From contig OX597839.1 of NCBI GenBank assembly GCA_951406725.2, positions 17,174,001 through 17,238,000 on the forward strand: 64,000 bases of DNA, given 5' to 3'. Origin of the DNA: Octopus vulgaris. Lineage: Eukaryota. Below the pieces are notes generated by a model. The model worked only from the letters and a program-made list of their open reading frames with translations. It did no database searches and was not told the origin of the DNA. Shown one piece after another: positions 26,434 to 39,316 of the stretch (the first letter of the stretch is position 1; each line of letters starts with the position of its first letter). The position numbers and the translations under genes are program-made.

Positions 26434-26625
26434 ATTCGTGATAATACTAACTCAGTATGTAGGTGTGTATATATATGTATAGCTAGACAGGTAGAGTACA
26501 GACAAATAGATAAATATATAGATAGATAGATAATCTACGAATCCAGGTAAAAATAGTTAAAAGAAAGCTACAAGAAATTATTTTGGGGTGTGTTTTCTTT
26601 AAAATATTGAATAAAACGTGATCTT

Positions 26626-26667
<42 letters not shown>

Positions 26668-26872
26668 ACATGCAGAGACATGTCTGTGTATTTAAGAAGT
26701 TCGCTTTGCATAAACGCGGCTTAGGGTTCAGTCCGACTGTGCGGCATCTGGGACAACTGTCTTCCACTTAAGCCCCGGGCCGACCAATGCCTTGTGAATG
26801 AATTTGGTAGACGGATACTGTGTGGTAACCCGCTGTAATTACACTCCCCCATACATACATACATACATACAT

Positions 26873-26907
<35 letters not shown>

Positions 26908-26980
26908 TACATACATACATACATACATACATACATACATACCTCTATCTATCTATCTATATATATATATACATATATAC

Positions 26981-27027
<47 letters not shown>

Positions 27028-27131
27028 AATATACATACGTGTGTGTGTGCGTATTTGTTTGTCTTATCCATAACACGGTGGTAGTTTGTTCACGACCCCG
27101 TAAATTCGCTGTTCGGCAGAAAAAAAAGAAG

Positions 27132-27561
27132 GGATCTTTTCGGTTTGAACAACAGTTTTTTCTAGCGGTGTCATATGAAATTGTCACCCATAATTATGAC
27201 CCTAGTATCGATCTATTGCATTTCAATCTGTTTTAGGGTTAGGGTTAAGGTTAGAGTTAGGGGTGGGGGGAAGGGTATCTTTTTTTCTTCAGAAATGTAA
27301 ATAAACCCAATCTGTTTCTTAAACGAGGGACATATTCATATAGCACAGAATGATTTTTACCTCAATAGACGTCAGTGATTGGTTGAAATTGCAGAAATTG
27401 AAGCAAAAAAAGCAACAAATATCTTACAAACTATAGAATTTTCTCAATCAAGCCAAGAGAAAAAGATGTTTTACAAACACATTCTACCAGTATACGAAGT
27501 TTAAAATTTTTTAGTTACCTAGAAATTATGTTAAAAACTGCCGTTCAAACCGAAAAGATCC
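27132..27561 (-). mobile_element. Family D MITE without an 8-bp TSD, flanked by a ~100-bp duplication
   Basis: Both TIRs present, reverse orientation. Confidence 0.9.
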
Positions 27562-28087
27562 GAAAATATATATACATACATACGTGTGTGTGTGCGTATT
27601 TGTTTGTCTTATCCCCAACACAGTGGTAATTTGTTCCCGACCCCGTAAACTCGCTGTTCGGCAGAAAAAAAAGAAGGAAAAAGAAAAATACGATAAATAA
27701 ATAACGAACTTAAAACAAACAAAAAATTTGCACCTGGATCGATTTGTTTGCCGGAAATTCCGTTAGAGCGGTGCCACAGCATGGCTGCAATCCAGTGACT
27801 GAAACAAGTAAAGGATAAAAGATAAAGATAACTCATCTATTGTTAATTAATAGGTGACCTGGAATATTTATTTAATTGCTTAATTACTTATGGTGTTTAA
27901 AGTAAAATGTGACATTTTCTCAGTTAATTTTTTCTTATTTTCCTATCCAAAGCCGTTAATTTCTCTTTCAATGAATTTTTTTCCCGTTCACTATGTCTGT
28001 CTGTCTGTATGTATGTATGGGTGTATGTATGTGTGTGTATGTACGCATATATATATATATATACATGTATAGGCATATACGTATGTG

Positions 28088-28142
<55 letters not shown>

Positions 28143-28734
28143 ATAAATGTATGTGTATGTGTGTGTGTGTATATTTTGAGGTATTTGTCGTGTGTGCGTG
28201 CATACATATATAAATATTTGTGCATGTATGTGTCTGTATCTATCTACCTACCTACCTACCTACCTACCTTTCTATCTATCTACCTGCCTGCCTGCTTGCC
28301 TACTTACCTACCTACCTACCTACCTGTCTGTCTGTCTGTCTGTCTGTCTGTCCGTGCACGTATATAAATGTGCGTATATAAGTGTTTATTTTCGTTCGAT
28401 CCAATTACGATTTCCGTCTAATAAATTTTGTTTCCTAATTTACTTCGGTACGACAACAAGAACAACAACAACGTAATATAAATATTATTAAACAAACAGT
28501 TTTAAGATTAAGCTCAGAGTTTTCAAAGAGTTCATTTGTTTATTACATTTCTGTATAATCCTGCAATGGAGCTTGTAAGTGGTCGATCGGCCTGCTAGAA
28601 ACAACAGCCGAAACACTCCTTGTGTCACTCCTGGTAACTCCTTTAGAAAAGACAGAAAAAAGTCTAAGATACGCTTATCTGTAATAGGAAAGAAACACTG
28701 GGCCAAATATATATATATATATATACTCTTATTT

Positions 28735-29054
28735 TGTTTCAGTCATTTGACTGCGGCCTTCAAGGAGCACTGCTTTAGTCGAACAAATCGACCCTAGGAC
28801 TTATTCTTTGTAAGCCTACTACTTATTGTATCGGTGTCTTTTGCCGAATCGCTAATTTACGGGATGTAAACACACCAGCATCGGTTTCAAGCAATGGTGG
28901 ACACACACACACACACGACGAGTTTCTTTCAGTTTCCGTCTAACAAATCCAGTCACAAGTTTTTGGTCGGCTCGAGGCTATCGTAGAAGACACTTGCCCA
29001 AGTAGCCACGCAGTGGGACTAAACCCGGAACAATGTAGTTGGTAAACAAGCTAC
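28735..29054 (-). mobile_element. SINE family A truncated at a LINE 3' end
   Basis: Similarity stops at aagctact, where the LINE tail starts. Confidence 0.85.
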
Positions 29055-30234
29055 TTTATTTCATAAATATTTGCCATGAAGGCATTACAAGGAGAGGACG
29101 AACAAGAACAGACAAACATAAAAGGGTGAATTAGCTGTAGCGATTAAATATTTACAATTTAAAAATACAATAATTTAATAAATATGTTTATAACTTTTGA
29201 CTTAAGCGTTGCTCATTACAAATGAAATTTGTAATGGCTTCTCTGAAGGATAGGCATCCGACAACCAGTGTAGACCCCTTGCTTTTTCTTTCCTGTTTTT
29301 GGCTTCCACTTACCTGGTGCCAAACACTCCCAGCTTCCTCGCCACAGGCTTCCATCTTCTCATGAATCTGTCTCGTGACAGGTACCTTTTCTCCAGCCTG
29401 ATCTTATTACTGAGGTGGTAACTAAAAAAGTTAACCAACCCCTGGCCGGATACAAAGGTACCCGACACTATGCCTCTCACACGCGTCTTCCATACTGTTT
29501 CTTTCAGTATGGCTACTACGCAGAAAAAGCAAGCCTTCCTTTCCCTGTTAAGGGCAGGAGGCGGCACAATCTCGATGATAGATTCAGCTGATAGATGTAC
29601 TCTTCCCATCGATGACAACAGTTGCTCTGCGGAAACTATCAGTCCCGTTAATTCCGGATACTCCACAAATGCGTGCAAGACGGTTTCCCTGTCCTGCCCG
29701 CATCTCGGACATGTCGGCGAGACGGCACTTCCGTGCCTTGACAGTTTATCACGAACAGGTAACGCCGCACGGAAGCAGTGCCAAGCCAGAAATTTCTGGT
29801 AATTGTCCAGATACCCCGGCCCGAAAGTTCTCCGGAACAGGTTGATTAACTGATTTTCTTCGTAGCCCAGGGTCTCCCCCAAGGCGTCTTCGGACTTAAC
29901 CTCCACTAACCCGCTTTAGAAATCCGCGGTGGACTCTTGTTGCCGGCATTGCCCGCCCGAGAGAGTAGCTGAAGTGCCTGGCAGCACTCCAATTGCAAGT
30001 CCCCAGCCTAGGTCTCTGCTTGATCCAATTACCAATGTCCGTTAAGGACGTTAATTGCGGAAGGTAGAACCGAACGTGCGGTGACCACACCTGCTCTCCA
30101 TCCAGGTAAAGCCAGAGGTGCCTTAACCTTAACGCGAATTTTCGCATCCTCAGCCGAGGCATCCCTAGCCCACCCTTTAGCGGTTTCTGGCAGCAGACAG
30201 AGCGCTTCACGAGTGGCTTTCCTCCCTTCCACAA
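29055..30234 (-). mobile_element. 5'-truncated L1/Tx1-clade LINE (ORF2 C-terminus with zinc-binding motif, plus 3' UTR)
   Basis: WKGGKPLVKRSVCCQKPLKGGLGMP and AWHCFRAALPVRDKL...TCPRCGQDRETVLHAF. One or more frameshifts. Ends gaaataaa. Confidence 0.88.
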
Positions 30235-30477
30235 TAATAAATTGCTTATCCCAAAAAACGGGAAACCTATATTATTTTTTCCCTCTTAATGAGGATAACA
30301 GTTCAAATGCCACCCCCGCTGGGAGGGGGGGACACGACAATAAAGCCTACAACGGGTTTAATAATTTCAATATTTCAACAATTACTTTCTCCCGTCACCG
30401 GGAAAAAGCACAAAAATTTTCAAAGTTCAACAATGTTTAACATTTCGAAATAGAAAAAATTATCCACGTGCAACTAT

Positions 30478-30613
30478 ACAAACCATAGAATTTTCTCAAT
30501 AAAGCCAAGAGAAAAAGATGTTTTATAAACACATTCTACCAGTATACGAAGTTTAAAATTTTTTAGTTACCTAGAAATTATGTTAAAAACTGCCGTTCAA
30601 ACCGAAAAGATCC
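30478..30613 (-). mobile_element. Truncated family D MITE
   Basis: One TIR plus about 110 bp of body. Confidence 0.85.
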
Positions 30614-30751
30614 GCGTACTCTTACGCCGTCTCGCATTCGGTCTGATTGTGTTGATTAACTTGCGTTTATGTATGTGCATGTAAACGATTTTTACACCTC
30701 GCCACACATCTGTCGCCACAGGACTTTATGAAATGCAAAACAGATAAAAAG

Positions 30752-31121
30752 TAAGAGCACTCACAGAGCGCAAACCTCCGCCAAGTCACCACCAACGTCC
30801 TTTCAACGATTAGGCAAAGATGATTTTTAAAATGAGAATATCTGAAATAAACTCGACTTCTCTCACAAACGAGAATACTAAAAATGAACTCGACCGCTCT
30901 CAAAAATTAAGTAAAAACACTGAAAAATAATCCAGAATCCTTGTCCGGTACCGAATCGATTCCAAAATCTAATCAGTTCGTGTCAGTCACGAAGCCAAAC
31001 ATGCCTGAATGTTTCATCCGAATCCGTCCAGCGGTTCTGAAGATATCTTGTCCACGGACAAATAAACGAACATACAAACACGAATGGCAACAATACCTCC
31101 ATCTTCGCTAAGGCAGAGGTA
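30752..31121. mobile_element. Helentron/HINE-like non-autonomous element
   Basis: acctccgccaag near the left end and an acctc...ggcagaggt hairpin at the right end. The family assignment is from recalled similarity only. Confidence 0.45.
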
Positions 31122-31302
31122 GAAATGATAGCGAGATATATGTACGTCAATGGATTTAAGTGACAAAATTTTGAACAACGCTTTTGCCATTCTCTCGTTC
31201 GCCATATTAGGTTCCAGTTGCAAGTATTGCAAAATGATAGGAACTATTTTCACATTAAGTTTTGTGTCAGTGTCAGATTTTCTTAATCCTAAAAGAGCTG
31301 CC

Positions 31303-31714
31303 GGATCTTTTCGGTTTGAACGGTAGTTTTTAACATAATTTCTAGGTAACTAAAAAATTTTGAACTTCGTATACTGGTAGAATGTGTTTATAAAACATCT
31401 TTTTCTCTTGGCTTTATTGAGAAAATTCTATAGTTTGTAAGATATTTGTTGTTTTTTTTTCTTCAATTTCTGCAATTGTGACGTCTATTGAGGTAAAAAA
31501 CATTCTGTGTCGTATGAATATGTCCCTCGTTTAAGAAAGAGATTGGGTTCATTTCCATTTGTGAAGAAACAAAGATACTCTTCCCCCCACCCCTAACCCT
31601 AACCCTAACCCTAAAACAGATTGAAATGCAATAGATCGATACTAGGGTCATAATTATGGGTGACAATTTCATATGACACCGCTAGAAAAACTGCCGTTCA
31701 AACCGAAAAGATCC
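31303..31714 (+). mobile_element. Family D MITE
   Basis: Perfect TSD gagctgcc. Confidence 0.93.
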
Positions 31715-31978
31715 GAGCTGCCTTCCCCTCAGCTTTGTCAGAAATAATGGGTGACTTCTCTATTCCTGGCACATTCATTTAACTCATAGTTAGGACCCTA
31801 ACAGGTGCTACTGTGCCGAGTCAGAACGGACCTGGCAGTAATGGTTATCAAGGAATAACTCTGTGCTCCCCACAACTTCCGAGAAAGCGAACTGGAACTT
31901 CATCATATAGACACATACGTAATACATACACATACACACACAAACATATACCCACATACATACACAGATACACTTACA

Positions 31979-32388
31979 GGATCTTTTCGGTTTGAACGGC
32001 AGTTTTTAAAAATAATTTCCACGTAACTAAAAAATTTTAAACTTCGTATACTGGTAGAATGTGTTTATAAAACATCTTTTTCTCTTGGTTTTATTGAGAA
32101 AATTCTATAGTTTGTAAGATATTTGTTGTTTTTTCTTCAATTTCTGCAATTTCAACCAATCAATGACGTCTATTGAGGTGAAAAACATTTTGTGCCGTAT
32201 AAATATGTCCCTCGTTTAAGAAACAGATTGAGTTTATTTACATTTGCGAAGAAAAAAAGATACCCTTCCCACCACCCCTAACCCTAAAACAGATTGAAAT
32301 GCAATAGATCGATGCTAGGGTCATAATTATGGGTGACAATTTCATATGACACCGCTAGGAAAAACTGCCGTTCAAACCGAAAAGATCC
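31979..32388 (+). mobile_element. Family D MITE
   Basis: TSD cacttaca/cacataca. Confidence 0.92.
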
Positions 32389-33541
32389 CACATACATACA
32401 AACATACATACATATTTATATAAATAGGAACATGCATATATAGATATACACATGCACATATGTACACATACAACACACACGCACTCACATATACACACAA
32501 TGTACGCGCACATGCACACACGTTACTAAGGTGTTGGCTTGGACAAAATCAGAATAGCTCTCCACATAAGCTGCACATAAACATAGCTTATATCTGATAT
32601 CGCCTATCTTATATATCTTATACTTAACTTATAACCGAACTGGGTGGGTGGGCTATGTTTGATGAGTAAGAGGAGGGAAGAGGGGGATTGGCATGAAGTA
32701 GTAGAGGGATGGTAACCGATAAGAGAAAAAGAGGGGAGGGTTGAAGTATCGTGGATGTAGCTACGTAAGAAACTGATATGGAGTGGTAGGGGGTTGGTAA
32801 CATTACAATAGCTGAGACATTCTCCTCTCCATTAGATAGATTCGCACGCACGCACGTACGCACACACGCACGCGCACACACACGCACACATTCAAACACA
32901 TACACACATGCACTCACACAAAAAACTTCGCGCGTGTATGACTTATCCTCACTCTTTCTCTAGTGCCTTTCTGTTTTCTCCCTCTCTACTTCACTCTCTG
33001 TGTCTCTCTTTCACTCTCTCTACGTCACTCTTTCTCTCTCTCTACATCACTCTCTCTCCTTCATTCTCTCTCTTTCCTTCACCCCTCTCTCTCTGTTTCA
33101 CTCTCACTCTCTTTCCTTCAATCTCTCTCTCTCTCTCTTACATATGCACACATACATGCAATCAAACACACACACACACTCTCTCTCTCTCTCTCTGTCA
33201 CTCGAACCAAAATCGTAGCAGACGATAACTAAAGAGATCACTGTGTATGTGTGCATGTTTTTGTGTGTATGTATATTATGTATGTGTGTATGCATGTATA
33301 GATGTATACACGAGATATTTTCTAATGAAAACGTCCCTACAATGTTGCTCGACCTGCTAAAAATAGCAGCCAAGTCACTCAATGCCATATACTGCCTTCG
33401 TTAAAAACCAAACCGCACGTTAAATGAGAAGAAAAACAGAGACTGTTCCAATGGCTTGAACATTTTAGTTCAGAGACCAACTTGATCATGTTTGTTGTAG
33501 AACTAAATAACGAGACGAGCATGTGCACTCACACGCACACA

Positions 33542-33623
<82 letters not shown>

Positions 33624-34359
33624 GTCAAATTCTGTTGCTCTCTTTCTCTCTCTGCCTCATCCTATGTATGTATGTATGTACGTATGCATGTAGCTATCTG
33701 TCTATCTTTCTCTCTACCTCTCTCTCTCCCTCTCCCTTATTTTCCTGTTTGCAACTCATTGTCACTCACTCTGTCTTTCTCCCTATTATCTCTTTGTCTT
33801 TCTTATTACTCCCATCTCCCTACTCCCCCTCTGTTACTCCTTCCCCTTCCCCTCTCTCACATACACATACGTAAAGTATTTAACAAACAGCCTTTGAACC
33901 GAAATCATCCGGAAACAACCGAAGTCCTTTCCTCCATCTTATCGTCTGCTAAAGGCTTAGTCATATCACTTGTTTCACGAAGAAGACGTCTCAGTTCAAC
34001 ACTGAAAATGAATTCAATACTGAAAGCACCTCATGCAATTCATTGAAAAATATTCATTCCTTCTTTTACTACTTATAAAATCTTATCTAAGTTAAAAAGA
34101 CAGATTTCTAAACAGGAAACTAGTATCGTTTATGCTGTTATCACTCACCGTTCTCTTCGCGAAGAAACGATCCAAAGTTGAAACTGAAGGTAAAGCACCT
34201 TATTAAATTCATAGAAAATTTTGCACAAAACCATATTAACTTTTCTCTGATGGGTGATTTTGGTAATTGAATGTTCAGAGCTGTGTCATTCTTGCTCAGA
34301 AACTCACAAATTGACCGAACACTCCTCGAAGAGTTCGTACAGCTCATATGCAATGATAT

Positions 34360-34620
34360 CTCAGTCTTCTATTTTGACTGGTTGTTTTATGAGAGAAGAT
34401 GCATTTATACGTAGAATACTTTTGGTTCTGTCTGACAAAGAAGGTACATTTCGTATTCAAAAGGCTACAGTTTCCAATGAAACAGCTTTTGCCATATCTT
34501 TAAATAAATATCGGAAACAAACTGTAAATGTTGTTGAGCAACAACTCAAGAACATTTCTCCCATGGAGAACTGCATGTTGCATGCGCAAGAGATGAAACT
34601 CCAAGCAATTTGGCTCCATC
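34360..34620 (+). pseudogene. Degenerate Helitron/PIF1 helicase C-terminal fragment
   Basis: ILTGCFMREDAFIRRILLVLSD, FKRLQFP, FAISLNKY, FSHGELHVACAR with frameshifts. Confidence 0.8.
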
Positions 34621-35091
34621 TAGCAAATTATGCTCCTTCTAGGAAAATTATTCAAAAAAACTAAACATTGTTCATAAAGAAGTTCTTGGTTTACACTAAA
34701 TACGAAATAAGAGGGACAGAAAAAAAACTAAGGGGTGAAAATAAGAGACCGAAAAATGTGAAACTTAAAAATAAAACGCATGGGTTTGTTTTCCAAGTAA
34801 CTCGAAGTAACCCTTATGTATGTATGTATGTATGTATGTATGTATGTATGTATGTATGTATGTATGTATGTATGTATGCATGCAAATATATGTATGTATA
34901 TATATACATGAATATATGCGTGTGTGTGTGTACTTGTGTATGTATGTATATATATAAATATATATATGTGCGTGTATTTGTGTATCTACGTACGCATGTA
35001 TGTATGTATATATGTGTATATATTTATATATATATATATATATGTTCACACACATATGCATATATACACACAAATACATACATACACTTGA

Positions 35092-35159
<68 letters not shown>

Positions 35160-35604
35160 CTAGCAGTATCGCCCGGCGTTGCTCGGGTTTGTAAGGGAAA
35201 TAACTATAAATATTTTTAGAGAGTTATAGCCAAAAAATGGGGAAAAATGATGGTAAATTTTTTTTAGTTAAAAAGGTCGAGTTGCGTCCCCTAGACAGTC
35301 TGTGGTTTGTGTTTCTGATTGTCGACCCCATGTCGAATTTATCGATTTTTTTCAGAACTGGGGGAACTTTTCAAAATTTTCGCTGCGTTAGTTTTGAATT
35401 ATGACATTCAGTGTTGAACTGAGACGTCTTCTTCGTGAAACAAGTGATATGACTAAGCCTTTAGCAGACGATAAGATGGAGGAAAGGACTTCGGTTGTGT
35501 CAAGTTTCATCAGAATCGGTTGAAAGCCGTGGTCAGGGTGAGGGTACAACCAAACAGACACACAGACACACACACAGACAAACTGCCGTTTATATATAGA
35601 GAGA
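35160..35604 (-). mobile_element. Non-autonomous Helitron
   Basis: Minus strand starts TCTCTCTATATATAAA and ends with hairpin CCCGAGCAACGCCGGG followed by CTAG. Inserted between A and T with no TSD. An empty paralogous site is at about 37750. Confidence 0.88.
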
Positions 35605-36974
35605 TAACTTGTCAAAACTTCCAGTTTTTTTGTCATTATCGTGTCATTCTTTTCCCTCTTGTCCCAAATCGCTATACATCCCATCGCTGTGGAGCTCTTC
35701 CAAGTGGCATTTTTCGATCACTTGGATATTACTCGGCAACTGCAAGGGTCCCCTTATTATCTATGACCCTTGCTGTATGCACACACCCACACACACACGT
35801 ATACGCTCAAACATATTCACATGCACTCACACACAAAACTTGGCGCGTGCATGACTTAGCCTTAGTCTTTCTCTAGTGCCTTTGTTTTCTCTCTCTCTCT
35901 ACCTCACTTTCTGTCTGTCTGTCTTTGTCTCTCTACTTCACTCTCTCTCTACATCACTTTCTCTCCTACATTCTCTCTCTTTCCTTAACCTTCTCTCTCT
36001 CTCCCTTTGTTTCTCTGTTTTTCTGCTTCACTCCCTCTGTTTCCTTCACTGATCTCTCTCTCTCTCTGTCGAACCAAAATCGTAGCAGACGATAACTAAA
36101 GAGATCACTGTGTATGTGTGCATGTTTTTGTGTGTATGTATATTATGTATGTGTGTATGCATGTATAGATGTATACACGAGATATTTTCTAATGAAAACG
36201 TCCCTACAATGTTACTCGACCTGCTAAAAATAGCAGCCAAATCACTCAATGCCATATACTGCCTTCGTATGTATGTATGTATGTATGTATGTATGTATGT
36301 ATGTAGCTATCTGTCTATCTTTCTCTCTCCCTCTCTCTCCCTCTCCCTTATTTTCCTGTTTGCAACTCATTGTCACTCACTCTGTCTTTCTCCCTATTAT
36401 CTCTTTGTCTTTCTTATTACTCCCATCTCCCTACTCCCCCTCTGTTACTCCTTCCCCTTCCCCTCTCTCACATACACATACGTAAAGTATTTAACAAACA
36501 GCCTTTGAACCGAAATCATCCGGAAACAACCGAAGTCCTTTCCTCCATCTTATCGTCTGCTAAAGGCTTAGTCATATCACTTGTTTCACGAAGAAGACGT
36601 CTCAGTTCAACACTGAAAATGAATTCAATACTGAAAGCACCTCATGCAATTCATTGAAAAATATTCATTCCTTCTTTTACTACTTATAAAATCTTATCTA
36701 AGTTAAAAAGACAGATTTCTAAACAGGAAACTAGTATCGTTTATGCTGTTATCACTCACCGTTCTCTTCGCGAAGAAACGATCCAAAGTTGAAACTGACG
36801 GTAAAGCACCTTATTAAATTCATAGAAAATTTTGCACAAAACCATATTAACTTTTCTCTGATGGGTGATTTTGGTAATTGAATGTTCAGAGCTGTGTCAC
36901 TCCTGCTCAGAAACTCACAAATTGACCGAACACTCCTCGAAGAGTTCGTACAGCTCATATGCAATGATATCTCA

Positions 36975-37226
36975 TATTCAGTCTTCTATTTTGACTGGTT
37001 GTTTTATGAGAGAAGATACGTAGAATACTTTTGGTTCTGTCTGACAAAGAAGGTACATTTCGTATTCAAAAGGCTACAGTTTCCAATAAAACTGAGCTTT
37101 TGCCATATCTTTAAATAAATATCGGGAACAAACTGTAAATGTTGTTGAGCAACAACTCAAGAACATTTCTCCCATGGAGAACGGCATGTTGCATGCACAA
37201 GAGATGGAACTCCAAGCAATTTGGCA
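36975..37226 (+). pseudogene. Duplicate of the Helitron helicase fragment
   Basis: FVFKRLQFPIKLSF; colinear with 34360-34620. Confidence 0.8.
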
Positions 37227-37434
37227 CCTTTTAGAAAAAAAAAAGAAACAAATAGGCTAAACATTGTTCATAAAAAAGTTCTTGATTCACACTAAATAGC
37301 AAATAAGAGGGAGAGATAAAAAAACAAAAAAACTAAGAGGTGAAACATAAGAAAGGGCTGAAAAATGTGAAGTTTACAGATAAAATGCAACAGTATCATA
37401 GTGGTTGTTTTCCGAGTAACTTGAGGTAACCCTA

Positions 37435-37518
<84 letters not shown>

Positions 37519-37595
37519 ATATGTATATATGTACATGAATATATATATGTATGTGAAAGTGTGTGTGTATTTGTGTATGTACGTATGTATGTATA

Positions 37596-37637
<42 letters not shown>

Positions 37638-37705
37638 TATATATGTATATTATACTCATATATACATATGTATATACACACACATATGCATACACATGTG
37701 TGTGA

Positions 37706-37751
<46 letters not shown>

Positions 37752-38610
37752 CTTGTCAAAATGCTCTTCAGTTTTGTCATGATCGCGTTATTTTTTCCCC
37801 TCTTGTCCCAAATCGCTTTACATCCCATCGCTGTGGAGTTCTTCCAAGTGGCATTTTTCGATCACTTAGATATTACTCGGCAACAGCACGGGTCAACTTA
37901 TTAACTCTGAGCCTTGCGATAGGCACACACACGCGCACGCACACACACACACGCACACGCACACAGAGGCACACACACACAAACATATTTGCAATAAAGA
38001 CCTACTCTTTCTGTTGCCCCCCCTCTCTCTATCTATCATATTATATTTATATTTTCCAGTTTGCATCTCATTGTCACACTATCTTTTCTCCTTTTGCCTT
38101 TCATATCACTCTATCATTCTCGTCTCCCCGCTTCCCCTTCTTCCCACATACATACACTCAGGTATTTAACAAACAGCTTTTGGACCGAAATAATCCGGAA
38201 TCAACCGAAGTGTTCCTTAGCTTAGAGTCATATCATTTGATTCACGAAGGAGACGTCTGAATTGAACACTAGAGGTGAAGTACCATATAAAATTCATTGA
38301 AAAATATTCAATTCCTCTCTTACTACTTACAATATTGTACTCAACCATTCACCTATCTCAGTGTTGGTAAGATAGATGTTTATATGTGTCGTTGTCTGTT
38401 TATCCGTCGCCATCACCATACAATCCATGTTGGTGTGTTTTCGTCCATGTAACCTAGCAGTTCGGCAAAAGTTACCGACAGAGTAAGTACTAGGCTTACA
38501 AAGAATAAGTCCAGGGATCTATTTCTTCTACTAACAACCCTTTAAGGCGGTATTCCAGCATGGCGCAGTCAAATGACAAACATGTACAAAAATAAAAGAA
38601 TATATATGTA

Positions 38611-39316
38611 CGAGGTCTGATCAAGAAGTATCCGGGCTGTTGCCATAATAATGAAGCTAAAACATGCAAAGTGATGCCGCTTGGCACAGATTAACCTTGG
38701 ACTCTGCTGTACAGGTGCACTAAGTTTTAACGTTGTAGCTCACTTCTGCTGTTTACAGCAGTGCTTGAAAGTAACTTGTATAGCGTGTGATCGTCGCATT
38801 GACCAAGCCTGAGAAAGTCGTCATGGCAATACCTGCACAGAGGCCTCCGTAAAGTTGCAGAAAGTGTATGGAGATGAGTATATGAGCAGCACACAAGTGT
38901 ACGAGTGGTCCAGACGTTTCCAGGATGGCTGAAAAAAAGTCGATATTGGCGAACGTTCTGGGAGAATCGCAACCAGCAGGACTGAGGAAAACATTGCAGA
39001 TATGAGTGTAGCTGTGAGAGGAAATCGTAGAATAACCATCCGCGAGTTGTCAGAGAATGTGCAGATTTGTTACGATTCAGTTCAGTCCATTATCACTGAA
39101 GATTTGGGCGTGTCTGCCAAGTATGTGCCAAAACTGCGTTCAGCTGACCAAAAGGAAACTCGGGTTTCAGTCGCACAAGATCTCCTTGATTGTGTCGAGA
39201 ATGATGAAAAGCTTTTGAAAACTTTCTGTGGGCCTCTGAGTAGGTATCGCCAAGCTTTTGGCAAAATTTGATGCAGATTCTCTGCTTAACTCTCTCTGTG
39301 ATGTTCAATGCGACGT
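38611..39316 (+). mobile_element. Second copy of the rearranged mariner derivative
   Basis: TA|cgaggtctgatcaa terminus, YEWSRRFQDG, RRITIRELS, KYVPKL, and the same inversion junction. Confidence 0.85.

Larger units (their letters stand above)
32905..38330 (+). repeat. Local tandem segmental duplication (two copies plus a diverged partial third)
   Basis: 33203-33400 matches 36070-36268. 33690-34620 matches 36303-37226. 35605-35780 resembles 37750-37920. 38060-38330 resembles 33750-34075. Confidence 0.9.
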
